A stretch of DNA of 29,008 nucleotides from a virus (lineage: Duplodnaviria; Caudoviricetes), in IMG/VR virus record IMGVR_UViG_3300050161_000053, positions 1-29,008 of that record; one strand, 5' to 3'. A model generated the notes under the pieces. That model was not told where the DNA came from, did no database searches, and worked only from the letters and a program-made list of their open reading frames with translations. Positions 24,296-29,008 of this stretch are shown here, one piece after another; the first letter of the stretch is position 1; every line of letters begins with the position of its first letter. The translations under genes were made by a program, and so were the position numbers.

Positions 24296-26384
24296 TTTGT
24301 CCGCTCTCCATCATGGTCAGCGCCGTGTCCACGGCGGTCTTGTCGCCGGCCGCGGCGTTCTTCTGGCCCTGCGTGACGTTCTTGAACGCGCCCGAGAGCA
24401 CGTCCTTGATATTCGCCTCGGCCATACGATGCTGCTGTTCCGCCTGCTGCGCGGCAACCTGCGCACGGCCATCCTTGCGCATCTTGGCCTCGTCAGGAGA
24501 GACCAGCATGCCTTGCAGATCACGCGAGGCGAACCTCGCCTCGACGAACTTGCGCTCGTCCACGTGGTCGCGCTCGTCCGGCGTCAGAGTCTGGCTCAGC
24601 ACATCGATCTGCTGACCGCGCACTTCCTTGGCGATCAGGCTGGTGGCTCCGCGTGGGATCACGTCGTAGTCACCCTCAGGCGCGAGGTCCGGATTGAATT
24701 TCTTGTTGAACCCGACCATCGACCAGATCACCGACTGGGTGAAGCTGTCGTAATTCCGGACGATGTCCTTGAAGGGCAGCGCCGCGTCACCTCGGAGCAT
24801 CGACGCCCCGGCTGCGGTGCGCAGCGGCTCCGAGGGCATTTTCTGGAAGTCGCCGCCGGTCGCCGGGCCGATGAAGGTCTCCATCTCGGCGAACTCAAGG
24901 AACATTTTCACGAGCCCTTGCAGCTCGGCGAGGTGCCCGTCGATCTCGATGCGCCGCACCGCCGGGAACTGCGCGGTCATCCCGTCGTCGTCCCGATACC
25001 AGATTTTGTAGGGCTGGACGCTGGTCAGGTCCTGATCCGCCCGCATCAGCGAGGTGTTGACTTCGAGGTTCGGGCCGCAGGTCACCGACGCGTTGTCGAG
25101 CGTCATGCGCGTGGCTGCGCAAATCGACAACTGGCTGTCCCGCACCACGTAGGGTAGGCCTTGGCTGATCGGACTGGTATCGTCCTCGTCGAAGTTGAAG
25201 ATGTGGACCTGTTGCATCTGCAGACCCAGCTTCCGCCAGGCATTCACCTCGGCCTTGATGATGTAATTGTCCACCATCCACAGCTCGGCCTCGACGTCAT
25301 CCGACAGCATGTTGTCAGGCACATCCGCGCCAGCTTCCTTGAGGGTCTGGGCGCTGACCGGACCCTTCCAGATGATGATCTCGTACTTCTCCCGGCCTGA
25401 CACTTGGTTGCTGGATGTCTCGGCGTGGACCGAAGTCCCCATCGTGCGCAGCTCGGTCTCCCAGCTGCGCGCCTTGTAGTTGCCACCAGGGGTGCGTGAG
25501 ATCACGTCCTTGATCTGCTGGGCGAAGAAATCACCTCGATCCGCGAGCTTGCGTAAAGCTGCCCTTCCAAGCACCTTGCGAACGAAGTAACCCTCGCCTG
25601 GGAGACTGCGCGAACTCATATCCGGGTAGAAATCCCAGACCGGCAGGTGATCGTACTGCGGCTTATATTCGACCTTGGTCTGGGGTTGGAACCCGCCGTT
25701 GGCGATCAGCGCCCAACCGGACGTCTCGACCTTGCGCACATAGGGGCCTTCGAGCACCCCGACGCCGTACTTGATCCCACTGTCGGCGACCTTGCGGTTG
25801 AGACCGATCCAGTCGACGGTCTGGTTACCACCCAGCTCGGTCAGCTGGTCCTTGAGCAGCAACGTGAGCTGTGCAGACTGCTTGGTCGCCAACCGTCGAA
25901 CGGCCTCATCGACCAGGTCTTGTGTCAGGGGGGCTTCCTGCCCCGCCGCCTTGCGCTCGGCGATCAGAGCCGAGACCGCATCAGCGACCGCCTCCGGGCT
26001 CATGCTCGGAGAGGGTGACGCGTTCAGCTCCCAGTTGTCCTCGTTGCCGGGGAACATCAGGTTCATGACCCGCGAGAGCATCGAGATGCACTTCATACGG
26101 GTCAGGCGGGGATAGGCGCGCGATCGGTTCGGCGGCAGCTGCCGCTCGACGTCCGGGTCATAGATTCCGAGATACTGGCGCAGGTTCTTCAGCCAGCGCT
26201 GCTCGGAGGGGATACGCTCAGCGGCGTAGCGGTCGAACAGGCTCTTATACCGGGACCCCAGTGCCGAGAGCGTCGCGGCGTCGAGCTGGTGAACCGGAGC
26301 AGGCTGCTCGACCGCTATGCTCGCCGGAGCCATCGCCCCGTCATTCGCTGCCACCGCAGGCTCCACCGCATTTGCTACTGCCAT
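24249..26384 (-). CDS. Portal protein (711 aa), podovirus type
   Basis: Directly after TerL; AAGGGGG RBS; motifs EQRWLKNLRQYLG, RSRAYPRLT, YGVGVLEGP, WDFYPD, RMTLDN and RTAAGASML. Confidence 0.9.
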   Translation of the reverse strand: MAVANAVEPAVAANDGAMAPASIAVEQPAPVHQLDAATLSALGSRYKSLFDRYAAERIPSEQRWLKNLRQYLGIYDPDVERQLPPNRSRAYPRLTRMKCISMLSRVMNLMFPGNEDNWELNASPSPSMSPEAVADAVSALIAERKAAGQEAPLTQDLVDEAVRRLATKQSAQLTLLLKDQLTELGGNQTVDWIGLNRKVADSGIKYGVGVLEGPYVRKVETSGWALIANGGFQPQTKVEYKPQYDHLPVWDFYPDMSSRSLPGEGYFVRKVLGRAALRKLADRGDFFAQQIKDVISRTPGGNYKARSWETELRTMGTSVHAETSSNQVSGREKYEIIIWKGPVSAQTLKEAGADVPDNMLSDDVEAELWMVDNYIIKAEVNAWRKLGLQMQQVHIFNFDEDDTSPISQGLPYVVRDSQLSICAATRMTLDNASVTCGPNLEVNTSLMRADQDLTSVQPYKIWYRDDDGMTAQFPAVRRIEIDGHLAELQGLVKMFLEFAEMETFIGPATGGDFQKMPSEPLRTAAGASMLRGDAALPFKDIVRNYDSFTQSVIWSMVGFNKKFNPDLAPEGDYDVIPRGATSLIAKEVRGQQIDVLSQTLTPDERDHVDERKFVEARFASRDLQGMLVSPDEAKMRKDGRAQVAAQQAEQQHRMAEANIKDVLSGAFKNVTQGQKNAAAGDKTAVDTALTMMESGQNDPQGKSDGTGKKAA

Positions 26385-26396
26385 CGATCTGCCCCC

Positions 26397-27890
26397 TTAC
26401 CGGAAGTGGTAGTTCCCACCGAACGTGCGCGGTGGTGTGAACTTCGACACCCCAGCTCCCGTGTATCGTTCATTCTTGACGACTTGTCGATGGAAGTGAC
26501 GCGCCAGGTATCCAAAGCCGTCGCCCGGATGGCTGTAGACGTTCTTCTCGGGTGCCGCGTTGCCGCCACCCCGGATGTTTTCCTTGGCGTCGAGCGCGTA
26601 CCGCCAGCCACCCTTGAGCGCCCGCACCAGCATAGGGCAGGCCTGCTCGTCGATGATCAGCGAGGGCATGCCATAGACCATCCGGGTCGCATAATAATCA
26701 ATCGCGTCGAGGCGCAGCGGCAGCCGGTTATTGCTCTCGATCGACACTGGGTAGTGCCGCTTGAGCGTCTGCAGGATCGTGCTCTCGTCGTTCGGGCTCC
26801 GGCTACCTGCTGCGGGGTCAGGCGCGATGGTGAAGCCGTTCGCTGGCAGCTCGGGGAACGCCCGGCCGAGGAAGGGCCGCAGCCGCTCGTTGACGAAGCG
26901 CAGGGCACCGACACCGCTGGTGGTGATCTCGCCGATGACGTGAAGCCGCCCTTCGAGGTCTTCCTGCCCGAAGATCATGGCTGCCCCGCCGAGCCCAGGA
27001 TCGAACCCGCCAACAAGGTGCAGGTTGGGGCTGTAGATCAGCGGCTTTTTCGACAGGTGGACCGCGCCGTTGAAGGATTGCACGACCGCCTTGCCGGCGA
27101 CGCTGAAGCCCCACTCCGCTTCGATGAACTGCTTGATCCACGCCTCAGACTTGTTCTTCGCCTGATTGGTGTAGTACGCCCTCCCGCCGGGCAGATTCTC
27201 GACGTTCTCGGCGAACGGCGAGTAGCCGGAGGGTTGCAGAAAGTACCGGGCGTTGCGCTCGTCGAAGACGATGCGGTGATGCAGGCTGATCCCCTCGCCA
27301 GGCTGAATAACGCCGCCAGAGTTGTGCAAGTAGTCGAACCACCAGTTGTCCTCCGTATCCGGGTTGGAGGCACCCCACATGCCCCAGTTCGTCGCTCCAC
27401 CCTCGACCACTGACGGATACCGGCCACACCGTGCAGAGAGCGCGTCGACGATGGCCTGCGGAATCTGCACGAACTCGTCGAGGATCGCGAAGGTCACTTC
27501 GAGGGAGAGCACCCGCGCAACGTCGTCCGGGGTGTCAAGCGGGCGGAACAGCACCTCGCACTCGACGTCGCCGAACTTCAGCACGAATTTCTTGTCGGTG
27601 GCGTACCACTTACCCGCTTGGCCATCCTTGAACCACGTGAACCAGCTGTTCAGCGTCGTATCGCGGAGCTGGGTCGAGGTGTTGCGGACGATCACCGCAC
27701 GCGAGCGCCGGATGCCATCAGGCCCGGGCTGCTGGAGCTTGGCCATGTAGACCAGCTTGAAGAAGTTCGCCGTCGACTTGCCCGAGCCGACGGGACCGAT
27801 GATCCAGTCGTAGAACAGCTCTCCGGGCAGGAAATCCTTGATGAACCGGCTCGCCGTCGGCGGCGGCGTGTACGCGATGGTGTGAGCCAT
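26397..27890 (-). CDS. terL: Terminase large subunit (497 aa)
   Basis: GGGGGA RBS before ATG at 27890; Walker A GPVGSGKS, Walker B FAILDE, coupling motif ASNP, nuclease motifs GFDPG and HPGDGFGY. Confidence 0.95.
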   Translation of the reverse strand: MAHTIAYTPPPTASRFIKDFLPGELFYDWIIGPVGSGKSTANFFKLVYMAKLQQPGPDGIRRSRAVIVRNTSTQLRDTTLNSWFTWFKDGQAGKWYATDKKFVLKFGDVECEVLFRPLDTPDDVARVLSLEVTFAILDEFVQIPQAIVDALSARCGRYPSVVEGGATNWGMWGASNPDTEDNWWFDYLHNSGGVIQPGEGISLHHRIVFDERNARYFLQPSGYSPFAENVENLPGGRAYYTNQAKNKSEAWIKQFIEAEWGFSVAGKAVVQSFNGAVHLSKKPLIYSPNLHLVGGFDPGLGGAAMIFGQEDLEGRLHVIGEITTSGVGALRFVNERLRPFLGRAFPELPANGFTIAPDPAAGSRSPNDESTILQTLKRHYPVSIESNNRLPLRLDAIDYYATRMVYGMPSLIIDEQACPMLVRALKGGWRYALDAKENIRGGGNAAPEKNVYSHPGDGFGYLARHFHRQVVKNERYTGAGVSKFTPPRTFGGNYHFR

Positions 27891-27897
27891 AATCCCC

Positions 27898-28140
27898 CTA
27901 GTGCAGTCGCGCACCGTGCTGCTGGTACTGCTCCCGCCTGTCGGCAGCGTTATGGCTGACAATCTCGCCGTCGTCCATCGGGTGGCACCAGCACGCACCG
28001 CCAAGGATGTGTGGCCGCAGGTCGCAGGCCGGGATCATGTTCGGCAGCGACCCGAGCACCATCCACCACCCGAGGTTGCCGTCAGGCGTCGGAGTGGTGT
28101 TATCCAGCTCCGCGCCGTCGGGGTAGACGGGGTGACTCAA
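27898..28140 (-). CDS. Small Cys/His-containing hypothetical protein (up to 80 aa)
   Basis: Fills the gap between the TerS candidate and TerL; TTG overlaps the upstream TGA; DLRPH..CWCHP..HNAADRRE. Start is uncertain. Confidence 0.65.
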   Translation of the reverse strand: MSHPVYPDGAELDNTTPTPDGNLGWWMVLGSLPNMIPACDLRPHILGGACWCHPMDDGEIVSHNAADRREQYQQHGARLH

Positions 28141-28601
28141 TATCCTTCACCCAGGTTGATCTGGATATTGAGCGTGTTCGCGTTCAGAGGCCCGGCAGCC
28201 GCGCCGTCCTCGCCGTTGGTACGCGGGTCGAACCCAGCCCACCGGGCGGTCAGCTCGATCAGCTTTCCCTTCACGGCGGGCGGTACGATCTCGTGGCTCT
28301 GGTGGACCATCTTCCACACTTGCTTGAGGTTCTCCTCGGCGATCAGCTTGGCCTTGAGCTTGAAGCTCATCCCTTCCTGCCGCACCAGCTCGCAAGCGCC
28401 CGCCAGTTCCTTGAGGAACGTCGGGTTGTGTCGGAGCCGCTCCCACTCCTCATCGGTGTAGCCGTACTCGATCTGCAGCTCCACCGGGCTCGCCGTCTTC
28501 AGCGCCAGCTCGATCGGCAGGGTCGGAGGCCACGCGAGGGTGGTCGGGTCCTTCTGCCCGGGATGCACCGGGTCGAACATCATGGGTGAGAGTGCGTTCA
28601 T
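28137..28601 (-). CDS. Probable terminase small subunit (154 aa)
   Basis: Position upstream of TerL; HTH-like N-terminal half, helical GMSFKLKAKLIAEE segment, C-terminal beta-strand LNIQINLG. Start 28601 chosen; 28583 and 28673 are alternatives. Confidence 0.65.
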   Translation of the reverse strand: MNALSPMMFDPVHPGQKDPTTLAWPPTLPIELALKTASPVELQIEYGYTDEEWERLRHNPTFLKELAGACELVRQEGMSFKLKAKLIAEENLKQVWKMVHQSHEIVPPAVKGKLIELTARWAGFDPRTNGEDGAAAGPLNANTLNIQINLGEGY

Positions 28602-28746
28602 CTGGAGCCTTGCGAGAGATCGCCGCGTCGTGGTGATCTGAGCATAGCTATCCCATGTCGGATGTGTCGGCAAGGCCGTTCCGGCGCCAGGGTGGCAAAC
28701 CCCGTCATGCTCCCGCAGGGGCGCCTACAGCATGACCGCTGGCGAT

Positions 28747-28775
28747 GAGGTATCTTCGTGATGGGGAGCAGTCAA
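28747..28775 (-). promoter_or_regulatory. Candidate sigma70-type promoter for the morphogenesis arm
   Basis: TTGACT-17 nt-TACCTC on the minus strand; good -35 and weak -10. Confidence 0.3.
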
Positions 28776-28810
28776 GTCCGGAGGGCGCCCTGCGCGAGCG
28801 CCCTCCGGAC
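28776..28810. repeat. Perfect 13-bp inverted repeat with a 9-nt spacer
   Basis: GTCCGGAGGGCGC (28776-28788) / GCGCCCTCCGGAC (28798-28810). Confidence 0.9.
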
Positions 28811-29008
28811 CCGGCAACCCGAAGACCTCGGCGGTCCTGGCGGGAAGTGGTGACCATACTGGAAAAGTGCCCGGGGCCTTGCGCTCCGGGCGGAAGTTTG
28901 GGAGAGGATGCCTGAAAGGCCTGATTTGAATAGCTGAGGTGGATGGTTTCTACCAGAAAAATTTTTCGGGTGGTGATTCTCGTGGTGTTGAACAGTAAAC
29001 ACGACGAG

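Larger units (their letters stand above)
1..29008. mobile_element. Tailed dsDNA bacteriophage genome segment (podovirus-like; morphogenesis arm plus end of replication arm)
   Basis: Contiguous terminase, portal, scaffold, capsid, adaptor and fibre genes with tight or overlapping spacing; no host housekeeping genes. Cannot tell prophage from free phage. Confidence 0.95.

Noticed and set aside
2363-28589. Many long plus-strand ORFs (e.g. 2363-3295, 6854-7879, 9849-10649, 15054-16166, 16051-17142, 22193-23095, 24162-25157, 26289-27413)
   Set aside because: Antisense shadows of well-supported minus-strand genes, expected in GC-rich DNA; no recognisable motifs.
28772-29002. 76-aa minus-strand ORF
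   Set aside because: No room for a visible RBS, atypical composition, and it runs through inverted repeats; more likely non-coding.

Overview
The whole window is part of a GC-rich tailed dsDNA phage genome with podovirus-like organisation: no tape-measure, sheath or tube genes are recognisable. The plus strand (1-1080) holds the 3' end of a replication arm: the C-terminus of a probable DUF927-type helicase and two small ORFs. It converges on one long minus-strand morphogenesis arm (about 28600 to 1077). In order, that arm encodes probable TerS, a small Cys/His protein, TerL, portal, a small helical protein, scaffold, an N4-gp56-type major capsid protein, three small head-associated genes, a head-tail adaptor, a 319-aa internal-protein candidate and a 2326-aa polyvalent protein (HExxH zincin plus PLxRFG-like motif). 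These are followed by a modular fibre locus and terminal tail or ejection genes. The most interesting signal is the fibre locus (5107-11573). It has two parallel pairs of a small beta-rich subunit and a roughly 20-aa-periodic 'string' protein, two paralogous C1q/TNF-like tip domains, and shared short terminal peptides that may be docking tags. It also carries a recent 60-bp repeat amplification and the scar of a deleted third tip gene. No tRNA, CRISPR array, integrase, reverse transcriptase or lysis gene was recognised. All family assignments come from motif recognition by eye; no searches were run.
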